DNA of 64,000 bases from Rhodospirillales bacterium RIFCSPLOWO2_02_FULL_58_16. Its GTDB lineage: Bacteria > Pseudomonadota > Alphaproteobacteria > Rhodospirillales > 2-02-FULL-58-16. Below are positions 36,339-45,200 of the stretch, piece by piece (the first letter of the stretch is position 1; each line of letters starts with the position of its first letter). The stretch is taken from the NCBI GenBank assembly GCA_001830425.1, contig MIAA01000016.1, positions 164,663-228,662 on the forward strand. Direction: 5' to 3'. The translations under genes and the position numbers were made by a program. The notes beneath the pieces were generated by a model, which saw nothing but the letters and a program-made list of their open reading frames with translations, had not been told where the DNA came from and searched no databases.

Positions 36339-37288
36339 AGCTGTTCAGGAAAACCGCTTTCTGGATTGTCATGCTGGTCGCCGTCGCCGGCGCTTTTTCG
36401 CTGATTGACGAGCGATCCGACGTGGCCAAAAAAGTCGAGGAAGCCAATCTCAAACTGTTGCCTTACGGCGCCGATGACGTGGATGAATTCTGGACAAGGA
36501 GCGACGATAAGGAAATCCAGGTCAGGGCGGTTAAGGAAAAGGACGGATGGTGGCTGACCGCGCCGCTGAGGGCGAAGGGCGATCAGGAAGCCATCTCCAA
36601 ACTTTTGAAGAATATCGTCAATTCCAGGAAAGACGCGGTGTTGTTTGAAATGCCGAGCATCGAGAAGCAGAAGGAACTGGGCCTGGACGATCCCAAGCGG
36701 GCGTTCGGCATCAAGGTCAACGGCAAGGACACGATCATCCAACTGGGAGACAAGGGGCCGACTCTCAACATCGCCTACGCCAGATTCGAAGGGGAAACCC
36801 GTGTTTTCCGCATTCATTCCGACGTGCGCAAGGAAGTGGGCGCCACCGTCTATTCGCTGAGGGACAAGGCCGTGCTTGCCCTCGATCCGTCGAAGCTGCG
36901 CCGCCTTGAACTGGAGCGCGAAAAAACGGACAAGGTGGTGATCGTTCATGACCAGGGCAAATGGGGCATGGTCGAGCCGCAGGAGGCGCGGGCCGATCAG
37001 GCCAAGGTGCTGCAAACCCTGTTTGATCTGAAGAACGCCGAGGTCAAGGAATTCCTGGACGAGGAGCCTTCCGAACTCGGGACCTACGGCCTGGACGCTC
37101 CTAAAATCAAGGTGTCCGTTCTCGGCGTGGACCAGGACAAGCCTTCGGCTCTTAACATCGGGATACGGGACAAGGTAAGGCGGGGATACTTCGCCAAGAA
37201 CGACGACGCCGAACGGGTATTCCTTGTCGAGGAAGACCTGGTGAAGGCGCTTCTCGCCAATTCGGATAACTGGGTCGAGGCCGATTAG
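36326..37288 (+). CDS. DUF4340 domain protein
   Basis: 320 aa with an N-terminal TM segment and repeated beta-rich modules. It is the usual partner downstream of GldG-like genes. Confidence 0.65.
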   Translation: MGGLKLFRKTAFWIVMLVAVAGAFSLIDERSDVAKKVEEANLKLLPYGADDVDEFWTRSDDKEIQVRAVKEKDGWWLTAPLRAKGDQEAISKLLKNIVNSRKDAVLFEMPSIEKQKELGLDDPKRAFGIKVNGKDTIIQLGDKGPTLNIAYARFEGETRVFRIHSDVRKEVGATVYSLRDKAVLALDPSKLRRLELEREKTDKVVIVHDQGKWGMVEPQEARADQAKVLQTLFDLKNAEVKEFLDEEPSELGTYGLDAPKIKVSVLGVDQDKPSALNIGIRDKVRRGYFAKNDDAERVFLVEEDLVKALLANSDNWVEAD

Positions 37289-37301
37289 GGATGGGCGGCT
37301 T

Positions 37302-38603
37302 ATGAACAAGAAAACACTGGTCATATTTTTGATTGCCTTCGCCCTTGGCGGCGCGGCGTCTTCTTATCTTCTCGGTTTGCTGACGGCGGGCGGAGACAAG
37401 CCGTCCGCCGAAACGGCCAAGTCGAAACCGGCGGGCCGGCCCGACTGGATGGCGCCGGAGGAAGCCGTGAAGGCCCTTGATCTTGCGGCCAGGCCCAAAG
37501 CGATGGGCGCGCCTGCTTCCGCGCCGGAAGAAAGGGAGAGGAGCCTTAAGGTCGGCGTCATCGGCCCCGAGAGCGGCGACGAGGCGGCTTACGGCCTGGC
37601 CGTAGTCGACGGCGTCATGATGGCGGCCGAGCGGTTCAATGCCGGCGGCGGCCTCGGCGGCAAAAAATTTGAGGTTCTCCACTTTGACAACAAGGGCGGC
37701 GATGCGCTGACCCGCGAGATTTTTAATAATCTTGTAGGCCAGGGCGCCATCGCCGTCTTTGCGGCGCCTACCGGATGGTCCACTTTCGCGGCGACCCATT
37801 TGGCTAATTCATCCGGGACCATTCTGATGTCGGTCGGCTCCCGAAGGCAAATCGGCCGTAGCGGCGATTATGTTTTTCAGTATTCCTTATCCGAGAACAT
37901 CGCCGTTGACGATCTGATGAAGTTTGCCGCCGGCGAGTTGGGATACAAGATATACGCCGTGGTGACATCCTCGGCCTATGATTACTCTCTCGATCTCAGC
38001 TCCCATTTCAAGCGGACGATTTCCGCCCAGGGCGGGGCTATTGCGGTTGAAACGGATACTTACGACACTTTTACCGGCGAAAATAATATCTCCGCCGTCG
38101 TTCAGGTCCTGAAGAACAACCCGACCATGCCGCAGGCCGTTATCTATACCGGCGGCGCAAAAGAGGGGGCGGTTATCGCCCAGGCGATTGCCGAGGCCGG
38201 CCTGAAACTGCCGATCATCGGCGGCGAGGACCTGTTCAACGACGGATTTCTGAAGGGAGGCGAGGCGGTGCGCGGTTCTCTGGTTTACGCCACTTTTTCT
38301 CCCGATAACGGCGCTCCCGAAACGGCTGAATTCATGAAAAGCCACGCCGAGAAAAATTCCGGCGCTCCCGACCGCTTCACCGCTCTGGCTTATGACGCCT
38401 TCAATGTTGTCGCCGACTCGGTCAAGGCCGCCGACTCGCTGAAAAGCTCGAAGGTAAAGAAGGCGTTGCTGGGCGGCAAAGAATCCCACGGCGTCACCGG
38501 GGCGACCGGCTGGGACGCCGACGGCGTCGCGGTCAAGCATCCGTTCATTTACCGGGTCGAGGCGGGCAAGGGCGGAGAGAAATTCGTTCCGGTAAAAAGA
38601 TAG
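37302..38603 (+). CDS. membrane-anchored LivK-like (type 1 periplasmic binding fold) protein
   Basis: 433 aa. LKVGVIGPESGDEAAYGLAVVDGVMMAAERFNAGGGLGGKKFEVLHFDNKG is the Peripla_BP_6 pattern. Confidence 0.75.
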   Translation: MNKKTLVIFLIAFALGGAASSYLLGLLTAGGDKPSAETAKSKPAGRPDWMAPEEAVKALDLAARPKAMGAPASAPEERERSLKVGVIGPESGDEAAYGLAVVDGVMMAAERFNAGGGLGGKKFEVLHFDNKGGDALTREIFNNLVGQGAIAVFAAPTGWSTFAATHLANSSGTILMSVGSRRQIGRSGDYVFQYSLSENIAVDDLMKFAAGELGYKIYAVVTSSAYDYSLDLSSHFKRTISAQGGAIAVETDTYDTFTGENNISAVVQVLKNNPTMPQAVIYTGGAKEGAVIAQAIAEAGLKLPIIGGEDLFNDGFLKGGEAVRGSLVYATFSPDNGAPETAEFMKSHAEKNSGAPDRFTALAYDAFNVVADSVKAADSLKSSKVKKALLGGKESHGVTGATGWDADGVAVKHPFIYRVEAGKGGEKFVPVKR

Positions 38604-38611
38604 GAATCGGT

Positions 38612-39781
38612 ATGAGATTTGAGAAATTTCACTGGCGCTATTATTTCGGCGGCATCGCCCTTCTTTTGCTTTGCCTTCAATTGCTGATCGGCATTTTCCT
38701 GACGCTGTTTTATCAGCCTCACCTGGCCGAGGCTTATCTCAGCGTACAGGGCTTTTATAAAAACTGGGATGTTCCCGTCGGCGCATGGCTCAGGGACGGC
38801 CATCGCTGGGGCGCCTTCTTTTTATTTTTCGTGCTGGTTATTCATGTAGTCAGGAGTTTGTTGAGAAAGGATTTTCTTAATTTTGAGGCGCGCTCGCGGA
38901 TCATCTGGATAACCGGCGGGCTGCTGCTGTTGCCGATGGGGGCGTTGCTGTTGACCGGATTTATCCTGCCGTGGGAGTGGAAGGGTTACTGGTGGATGGA
39001 AATGATCGCCAATTATTTCGGGTTCATTCCTTATATCGGCCCTTCCCTCCAGCAGTTCCTTATCGACGCCTTCACCATGAACAGGAACTTTGTCGCCCAT
39101 GTGGTGATCCTTCCCGTTATTTCCATCGTGCTGCTGGACCTTCATATCTTTTCCAAGGTGCGCAAGCGCAAAGGCGGCATTCCCAGGTATCTTCTCAGGC
39201 ATATGCTGCTTTCAGTTCCCTTTATCATCATCATTGCCGCCCTCGCCGTTTACCTCCCCATGCCGACCGCCGACCCGGAAATGATTCCGACGCCGCTGGA
39301 AGGCGAGAAGATACCGATGCCGGAATGGTTCCTGCTGATCTTTTTTGTTCCGTTCATGCATTTCAAGGACGCCATGGCCTCTTTTCTCGGCATTTATCTG
39401 GCGTTCGCGCTGTATTTAGGCCTGACCTTCCTGCCTTATTTTTTCAAACGATCCGCAGAGAAGACGGAAAAGCACGAACCCGGCGGCGACATCGTTTTCA
39501 AGGAATTCCGGCATGTTCTGGGGAATATGCTCAAGATCGGGTTTATGAGGAAACTGGTCGGGTTTCTCACCGTTTTTCTGGCGGCGGGGACGTTGTTCGG
39601 GTTTCTTTATTACGAGACCTACGCCTCTCCCACATTGGGATGCAACTCGTGTCACAACATCGCCATGGGGTCCGGAATCGGCTCGCCTCCCGATAATTTC
39701 AAGGACAGAAGCAAAGAACCGAAACTTGATAATTCGGTATGGATGATCGAACATTGGTTCTATCCGCAGCAGGCGTGGTAG
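38612..39781 (+). CDS. fused cytochrome b (b6 + subunit IV-like) with C-terminal monohaem c domain
   Basis: 389 aa. DGHRWGAFFLFFVLVIHV and FVAHVVILPVISIVLLDLHIF give the His pairs. PMPEWFLLIFF is PEWY-like. The C-terminus carries GCNSCHNI and EHWFYP. Confidence 0.75.
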   Translation: MRFEKFHWRYYFGGIALLLLCLQLLIGIFLTLFYQPHLAEAYLSVQGFYKNWDVPVGAWLRDGHRWGAFFLFFVLVIHVVRSLLRKDFLNFEARSRIIWITGGLLLLPMGALLLTGFILPWEWKGYWWMEMIANYFGFIPYIGPSLQQFLIDAFTMNRNFVAHVVILPVISIVLLDLHIFSKVRKRKGGIPRYLLRHMLLSVPFIIIIAALAVYLPMPTADPEMIPTPLEGEKIPMPEWFLLIFFVPFMHFKDAMASFLGIYLAFALYLGLTFLPYFFKRSAEKTEKHEPGGDIVFKEFRHVLGNMLKIGFMRKLVGFLTVFLAAGTLFGFLYYETYASPTLGCNSCHNIAMGSGIGSPPDNFKDRSKEPKLDNSVWMIEHWFYPQQAW

Positions 39782-40068
39782 GCGGAAAATACCTCAAAGC
39801 ATAATCACCCACTTTGTATGGGGTTGACAGGGCGGACATTTGTTTGATAGCTAACCGCTGGGCTTGTAAAAAGCTGCGCGTAAGGCGCTGAAGTTTATTA
39901 GGGGGGGGAACTTAAAGAAGGGCGTGGCCGGTTATGTCCGTGCTTTTCTTTTACAAGGCTGCGTTTCTTTAAATCGGCTGATGAAAAATTAATGAATAGG
40001 GTCTCCGGTCAAGAGACAGCCTTTATTCGGCATGTCTTTGCGTCCGGGGCGGCCTACAGGAGATTAGG

Positions 40069-40734
40069 ATGAGGTTTGTATTAGCTTTTTCCCTTGGAGT
40101 CGGGTTGGTTGTGATGTCGGCGTCGGCCGGCTTTGCGGACGGCGCCAAGGTTTTCGCCGACAAGGGTTGCGGCGGATGTCATTACACCGACGGTCCCGCC
40201 AAGGAGAAGACGATCGAGGATCAATTGGCGAAGAAAGGCCCCGAGCTTTGGTACGCCGGGTCCAAATTCAAGGGTGAATGGCTGGGCGCGTGGCTCGCCG
40301 ATCCCCAGCCGATTCGTCCGATGAAGTACAATTCCCTGACCGACAAGAATGCCGGGGATCATCCCAAACTCGCCGCCGCCGAAGCGGGCGAAGTCAAGGA
40401 TTTCCTGATGGGCCTGGTTTCGAAGGATGTTCCGGCCGGCGTGGTGACGCCAAAGAGCAACCCCCAGGGCAAACTGATCTTTATCAAGAAGATGCCGTGC
40501 AGCGGTTGTCACAAGTACCAGACCGGCGGAAAGCTCGTCGGCGGGAATACCGGCCCGTCGCTGGTTGACGCCGGGGTCAGGTTGAATCCGGACTGGATTT
40601 TGGCCTATCTGGCCAACGCGCAGGTCTTCAAGCCGGTTAAGGATATGCCTAATTTTGACGGCATCCTCAGCAAGCCGGATATGGAGAAGGTAGCAGCTCA
40701 CGTCGCCTCGTTTACGGCGGCGGACGCCAACTAG
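40069..40734 (+). CDS. dihaem c-type cytochrome
   Basis: 221 aa with a signal peptide, CGGCHY and CSGCHK. Confidence 0.8.
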   Translation: MRFVLAFSLGVGLVVMSASAGFADGAKVFADKGCGGCHYTDGPAKEKTIEDQLAKKGPELWYAGSKFKGEWLGAWLADPQPIRPMKYNSLTDKNAGDHPKLAAAEAGEVKDFLMGLVSKDVPAGVVTPKSNPQGKLIFIKKMPCSGCHKYQTGGKLVGGNTGPSLVDAGVRLNPDWILAYLANAQVFKPVKDMPNFDGILSKPDMEKVAAHVASFTAADAN

Positions 40735-40748
40735 GACAAAAGGGAGAT

Positions 40749-41120
40749 ATGAAAATGATCAGATCGGCAATCGTACTTACATTCGCCGTCGTCCTTTTGT
40801 CCGCCGGCGCAGCCAAGGCTGCGGACACCGAGACGATTTTCAAGTTCTACTGCGTCCAGTGCCACGGCGCCGCCGGCAACGGCGACGGCCCCAACGTCAG
40901 CCCCGATTTCCCGGTAACGCCGAGGAATTTCAACAAGGCCGACGAGATGGGCAAGCTGACGGACCTCGACATCAAGAACGTAATCAAGGAAGGCGGCCCG
41001 TCGGTCAGCAAATCGCCGATGATGCCGCCATGGGGCAAGACCCTTACCGACGGCGAGATCGACGGCTTGATCGTCAAGCTGCGCGCTTTCTGCAAGTGTA
41101 CGGGGCCTGCGGCTAAATAA
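40749..41120 (+). CDS. monohaem class I c-type cytochrome
   Basis: 123 aa with a signal peptide. YCVQCHGAAGNGDGP and SPMMPPWG are present. Confidence 0.85.
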   Translation: MKMIRSAIVLTFAVVLLSAGAAKAADTETIFKFYCVQCHGAAGNGDGPNVSPDFPVTPRNFNKADEMGKLTDLDIKNVIKEGGPSVSKSPMMPPWGKTLTDGEIDGLIVKLRAFCKCTGPAAK

Positions 41121-41162
41121 GATGATGATTTCCCCGGCGTTCCTCATCGGGCGCCGGGGAGG

Positions 41163-41267
41163 TCAGAAAACGTATAAGACCAGGATCAGAACGATAACGA
41201 TCCCGTTAATGAGCGCCCCGGCGAAGACGACAGTGTGAAAGAGGTTTTCTTTTTTAAACGGATTCAT
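41163..41267 (-). CDS. possible 34-aa single-TM peptide
   Basis: MNPFKKENLFHTVVFAGALINGIVIVLILVLYVF. It is the only minus-strand candidate inside the island. I saw no clear RBS. Confidence 0.25.
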   Translation of the reverse strand: MNPFKKENLFHTVVFAGALINGIVIVLILVLYVF

Positions 41268-41488
41268 GATTTTAAAATTCCGACGGCTTGAATAAGTTGC
41301 CTGATGGGATGATGATAACAGAAGCTTTGATTTAAGAAAGGGTGCGCCGAATGGCTTCCGAACAAATTACCGAATGTGCCTGTACGGGCAGCACGCTGCC
41401 GGGGAAGCTTGTTTTTTTGGCGACTCTGATCGGCAGCATCGCATTTTTTATATGGTTTTTGAGGTATTAAGCAGGGGGCGGACGCATT

Positions 41489-41605
41489 ATGAAAAACTCT
41501 TTCGTTGTTTTTGTCCTGGCGTTTGTTGTTTTCGGCGTCGGTCTTTTCGGCCTGGATTACGCCTTGATGAGCGCCCAGGGCACCAATCTGTTTTTCCATA
41601 AGTGA
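41489..41605 (+). CDS. possible 38-aa single-TM peptide upstream of the CydA-like gene
   Basis: MKNSFVVFVLAFVVFGVGLFGLDYALMSAQGTNLFFHK, preceded by GCAGGGGGCGGACGCATT. Its position is reminiscent of small oxidase subunits. Confidence 0.35.
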   Translation: MKNSFVVFVLAFVVFGVGLFGLDYALMSAQGTNLFFHK

Positions 41606-41645
41606 GCAGGGTTCGTTTAAGTCTTTATCTTTGAGGGGAGCGAGC

Positions 41646-43565
41646 ATGAGGTCGTGTTTTACGGCGAGAAGGGGGGGGGCGCTGTTACTGTCGGCCGCCT
41701 TTCTGTTTTTGCTTTCTGTCGCTGTTTCGGGGCTTGGCGCCTCATCCGCTTCAGCCGCCGAGCAGGCGGCTGCCGAAAGCGGTAAGGCGGCGGTCGCCGA
41801 AGTAAAGGGCGCTCCCGGAGGAGAAGAGGCCGGGACGGCGGCGCCCGCCGAGGCGCCGGAAGCATCGGCCAACAAGCCTGCGCCGATGTTGACCAAGGCC
41901 GACTATCCGACGATAGCCGGCGTCAACGGGCGGATCATGGTGTGGATGGCGGCTCAGTTGCATCTCTGGTTCGCCGCCTTCGTGCTGGCGGTTCCCATCT
42001 TCGTTTTCATTATCGAAGCCATCGGCATGAAGACGCGGGACAAGCGTTATGACGATATGGCTTATGAATTCATCAAGGTCTCGATCACCGCTTATTCGCT
42101 GACGGCGATTCTCGGAGGCCTGACGGCGTTCAGTTTGATCCTGTTCTACCCGGCGGTGTTCGCCTATCTGGCCAACATCTTCAAAGAGACCATGTTCTAC
42201 TACGCGCTGTTGTTCTTCGCCGAGAGCGCCTGCCTTTATATTTACTATTACGGTTGGCACTGGTTGCAGGGCGGCAACAAAAAGTGGATACATTTGACTC
42301 TGGGTCTGTTGCTCAACGTCGTCGGCACGGTTTTGATGTTCCTGGCCAACGCCTGGATAACCTTCACCATGAGTCCGGTTCCCGCCCATGGGGTGGAAGG
42401 CCAGATCGTTGACGCCGTAGGCACCTTCGGCGGCGATGCCTGGCTGGCCATCCATAATTACCTGTGGAACCCGGTCAACCTGCATCGGGTGGTGGCCAAC
42501 GTCGCTTACGGCGGCTCGGTAGTCGGCGCCTACGCAGCGTACAACTTTCTCAGCGCCCGCACCGCCGAGGCCAAGGCCCACTACGACTGGATGGGATATA
42601 CGGCCAACTTCATCGCCGTTTCGGCGCTGTTGCCGCTGCCGTTCGCCGGCTACTATCTGGTCGCCGAGATTTACGCCTACAGCCAGCAGATGGGCATCAC
42701 CCTGATGGGCGGCATCTTCGCCTGGCTGTTCATCATCCAGGCGGTTTTGATCGGCACCCTGTTCCTGTCGGCCAACTATTACCTTTGGTGCGGCATGGGT
42801 CGCAGCGACGGCGCGGTGCGCTACAATAAATATATGAAATATCTGGCCATCGCCATCGTCGGCGCCTTCCTGGTGTGGTTCACGCCTCATACCCTGGTGT
42901 TGACCAACGAGGAACTGAAAGCGCTGGGCGGACCATACCACAAGTACCTTGGTCCGTTGGGCATCATGCCGGCGAAGAATACGGCGGTGAACATCATGAT
43001 TCTGGTTACGGCGATGAGCTTTATCATCTATCGCCGGGCCAACATGATCCCGGTGGTGTCGTGGGTGAAGGCGGGCAACGCCGCCCAGTTTGCGCTGTTT
43101 TCGGCGGGCATCATCAACATCGTCATTCTCGGCGTTTATCACGGCTACTTTACCGATACGGTGACCAAGGTCGCCGCTTCGGTGCCCCAGGTGTTGACTA
43201 CGCTGACCCTGATCGCCGTCAGTTCGATCATGGACAGCTTTATGTACAAAGGCGCCAAAGAGGTCGCGCCCCAGCGTTGGGGCCGGGTCTCCAACCGTTC
43301 CCAGTACGCGATGTTCATGCTGGCGGTGGCCTTTACCTGGTTGATGGGGCTGATGGGCTACATCCGCTCCGGCATTCGTCAGCACTGGCATGTAGTGAAC
43401 ATTTTCCGCGACAATTCAGAGAATGCGTTCACTCCGTCGCTGGGCTACGCCACCAACGTCATTTCGGTGGCGACTATCATTTTCATGTCGATGGTGATTT
43501 TTGTCTTCTGGCTGAGCAAACTCAGCGTCAAGAAGACGGTCCCGACCGGCTACTGGAAGGAATAG
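41646..43565 (+). CDS. CydA-like 'cytochrome bd-like' oxidase subunit I homologue, no adjacent CydB
   Basis: About 640 aa. It aligns by eye with E. coli CydA: QLHLWFAAFVLAVP (H19 region), YDDMAYEFIKVS, LLFFAESACLYIYYYGW (E99 region), MFLANAWITFTMSP, NPVNLHRVVANVAYGG (H186 region). It has an extra N-terminal signal/Ala-Glu-rich segment. Confidence 0.75.
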   Translation: MRSCFTARRGGALLLSAAFLFLLSVAVSGLGASSASAAEQAAAESGKAAVAEVKGAPGGEEAGTAAPAEAPEASANKPAPMLTKADYPTIAGVNGRIMVWMAAQLHLWFAAFVLAVPIFVFIIEAIGMKTRDKRYDDMAYEFIKVSITAYSLTAILGGLTAFSLILFYPAVFAYLANIFKETMFYYALLFFAESACLYIYYYGWHWLQGGNKKWIHLTLGLLLNVVGTVLMFLANAWITFTMSPVPAHGVEGQIVDAVGTFGGDAWLAIHNYLWNPVNLHRVVANVAYGGSVVGAYAAYNFLSARTAEAKAHYDWMGYTANFIAVSALLPLPFAGYYLVAEIYAYSQQMGITLMGGIFAWLFIIQAVLIGTLFLSANYYLWCGMGRSDGAVRYNKYMKYLAIAIVGAFLVWFTPHTLVLTNEELKALGGPYHKYLGPLGIMPAKNTAVNIMILVTAMSFIIYRRANMIPVVSWVKAGNAAQFALFSAGIINIVILGVYHGYFTDTVTKVAASVPQVLTTLTLIAVSSIMDSFMYKGAKEVAPQRWGRVSNRSQYAMFMLAVAFTWLMGLMGYIRSGIRQHWHVVNIFRDNSENAFTPSLGYATNVISVATIIFMSMVIFVFWLSKLSVKKTVPTGYWKE

Positions 43566-43569
43566 ACCG

Positions 43570-44385
43570 ATGAGACAGTTCCTTACGGTTATCGCATTCA
43601 GTCTTTTTGTAATCAGCTTTTTCGCCGGGTTCTCCAACTTCGGCATTCCGCAGATCGAGCCGGCGCCGCCGCCGGTGGCGGAGAAGCTCGACCTGGGGGC
43701 CATGACCATGGAGCAATTCGTGGCCTTGGGCGAAAAGGTTATTGACGGCAAGGGCACCTGCAAGCTGTGTCATAACAACCTGGGCCGGGCGCCGATGCTG
43801 GACCAACTGGGGGCCAACGTTCCCAAGCGGCTGGCCGATCCCGAATACAAGGGCAAGGCCAAGGACTTTCAGGGCTACCTGGAAGAGTCGATGACCCTGA
43901 CTTCGGCCTATGTGGTTCCCGGCTTCGGCAAGAAGGGCACCAACGACAAGGAAAGCCCGATGCCCGACGTTACTTCCGGCGCGATCAGCCTGTCAAAAGC
44001 GGAGTTTGCGGCGGTGATCGCCTATCTCCAGGAATCCAGCGGCGTCGAGATTACCGTTGAAATCCCCACCGATGCCGGCGGGACGGCGGCTGACGCCGGC
44101 GGCGGCGGCGAGGTCCGCGAGGCGTTGACGTCGGCTGATGACATTATCGCCGAATTCGGTTGCGGAGCCTGTCACATCATCGGCGAGAACGCCGGGGATA
44201 TCGGTCCCGACCTGTCCAAGGTAGGCGCCCGCAGCGACCGTGAATATCTCAGGCGTTCGCTGCTTAATCCCAATGCGGATATTGCAAAAGGTTTTGAGCC
44301 TGACACCATGCCCGCCGATCTGGGCGGTAAAATGTATGCGTCCGAAATCGAGGTGGTTCTCGATTATCTGGCCGGATTGAAGTAG
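43570..44385 (+). CDS. membrane-anchored dihaem c-type cytochrome
   Basis: 271 aa with an N-terminal TM segment, CKLCHN and CGACHI. Confidence 0.8.
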   Translation: MRQFLTVIAFSLFVISFFAGFSNFGIPQIEPAPPPVAEKLDLGAMTMEQFVALGEKVIDGKGTCKLCHNNLGRAPMLDQLGANVPKRLADPEYKGKAKDFQGYLEESMTLTSAYVVPGFGKKGTNDKESPMPDVTSGAISLSKAEFAAVIAYLQESSGVEITVEIPTDAGGTAADAGGGGEVREALTSADDIIAEFGCGACHIIGENAGDIGPDLSKVGARSDREYLRRSLLNPNADIAKGFEPDTMPADLGGKMYASEIEVVLDYLAGLK

Positions 44386-44398
44386 GAGGACGGGAGCG

Positions 44399-45163
44399 AT
44401 GAAAAGACTGATCCAACTTGTCCTTACCGTCTTCGGCGTCTACCTGGGCTTTGTCGTGGTCTTTGACCATCTGCTCGGTCAGGTGATCCCGTCGAGTCTG
44501 CTGCTGATGTACATGTTCTTTGTGTGCGCCGGCGTGTTCATGGTGTTCACCTTCACCGAAGAAAGCATGAACCAACTGACGGCGCCGATCAAGGCGCTGG
44601 TCGAGGACCCGTCCAAGAAAATGGTGCGCAACGTGGTGTTCCTGCTGGTTCCGTTGGCGGTGGGTTATTACACCTACTCCAAGATGGTTCCCAGCTTTGA
44701 GGCTCCGGTGGAGTTGAGGACCATCCATCCGGCGCCGCCGGCGGCGGTGAAGGCTTACGGCAAGCGCTATAACCTGCTGACTCTGGCTAATCCGTTCCGC
44801 AAGCTCAAAAAGGACGACCCGAAAAAGTTCGAGGCTTTGGTCGCCGAGGGCGGCATGGTCTATGTCAAGAATTGCCAGTATTGCCATGGCGACAAACTGG
44901 ACGGTCGCGGGCCGTATGCCGAGGGCCTGAACCCGACGCCGGCCAACTTCCAGGACGTCGGCACCATCGCCCAGCTTCAGGAGGCGTACTTGTTCTGGCG
45001 CATCACCACCGGCGGTCCCGGACTTCCGTCCGAGGCGACGCCGTGGATTTCGGCGATGCCCGTATGGCAGGACTTCCTGAGCGAGGAAGAAGTATGGAAG
45101 GTGATTCTGTATCTTTATGAGTACACCGGCTACAGCCCGAGATCATGGGAAAAAAGTGAGTAA
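44399..45163 (+). CDS. polytopic membrane protein with C-terminal monohaem c domain
   Basis: 254 aa with three N-terminal TM helices. NCQYCHGDKLDGRGP and SAMPVW are present. Confidence 0.75.
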   Translation: MKRLIQLVLTVFGVYLGFVVVFDHLLGQVIPSSLLLMYMFFVCAGVFMVFTFTEESMNQLTAPIKALVEDPSKKMVRNVVFLLVPLAVGYYTYSKMVPSFEAPVELRTIHPAPPAAVKAYGKRYNLLTLANPFRKLKKDDPKKFEALVAEGGMVYVKNCQYCHGDKLDGRGPYAEGLNPTPANFQDVGTIAQLQEAYLFWRITTGGPGLPSEATPWISAMPVWQDFLSEEEVWKVILYLYEYTGYSPRSWEKSE

Positions 45164-45200
45164 GCGGATGATAAGTTTCATGCACAGGGGTGGTAATCCG

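Noticed and set aside
39824-39852. Sigma-70-like promoter TTGACA-17 bp-ATAGCT upstream of the dihaem cytochrome gene
   Set aside because: The -35 is perfect but the -10 matches only 3/6. That is too weak to report as a feature without transcript data.
41751-43391. 546-aa minus-strand ORF antisense to the CydA-like gene; similar long shadows at 45255-46583, 47989-49701, 46721-47914, 56703-58082, 35229-36242 and 36239-37324
   Set aside because: All are shadow ORFs opposite genes with clear domain signatures. They are Arg/Gly/Pro/His-rich with no recognisable motifs and no RBS context.
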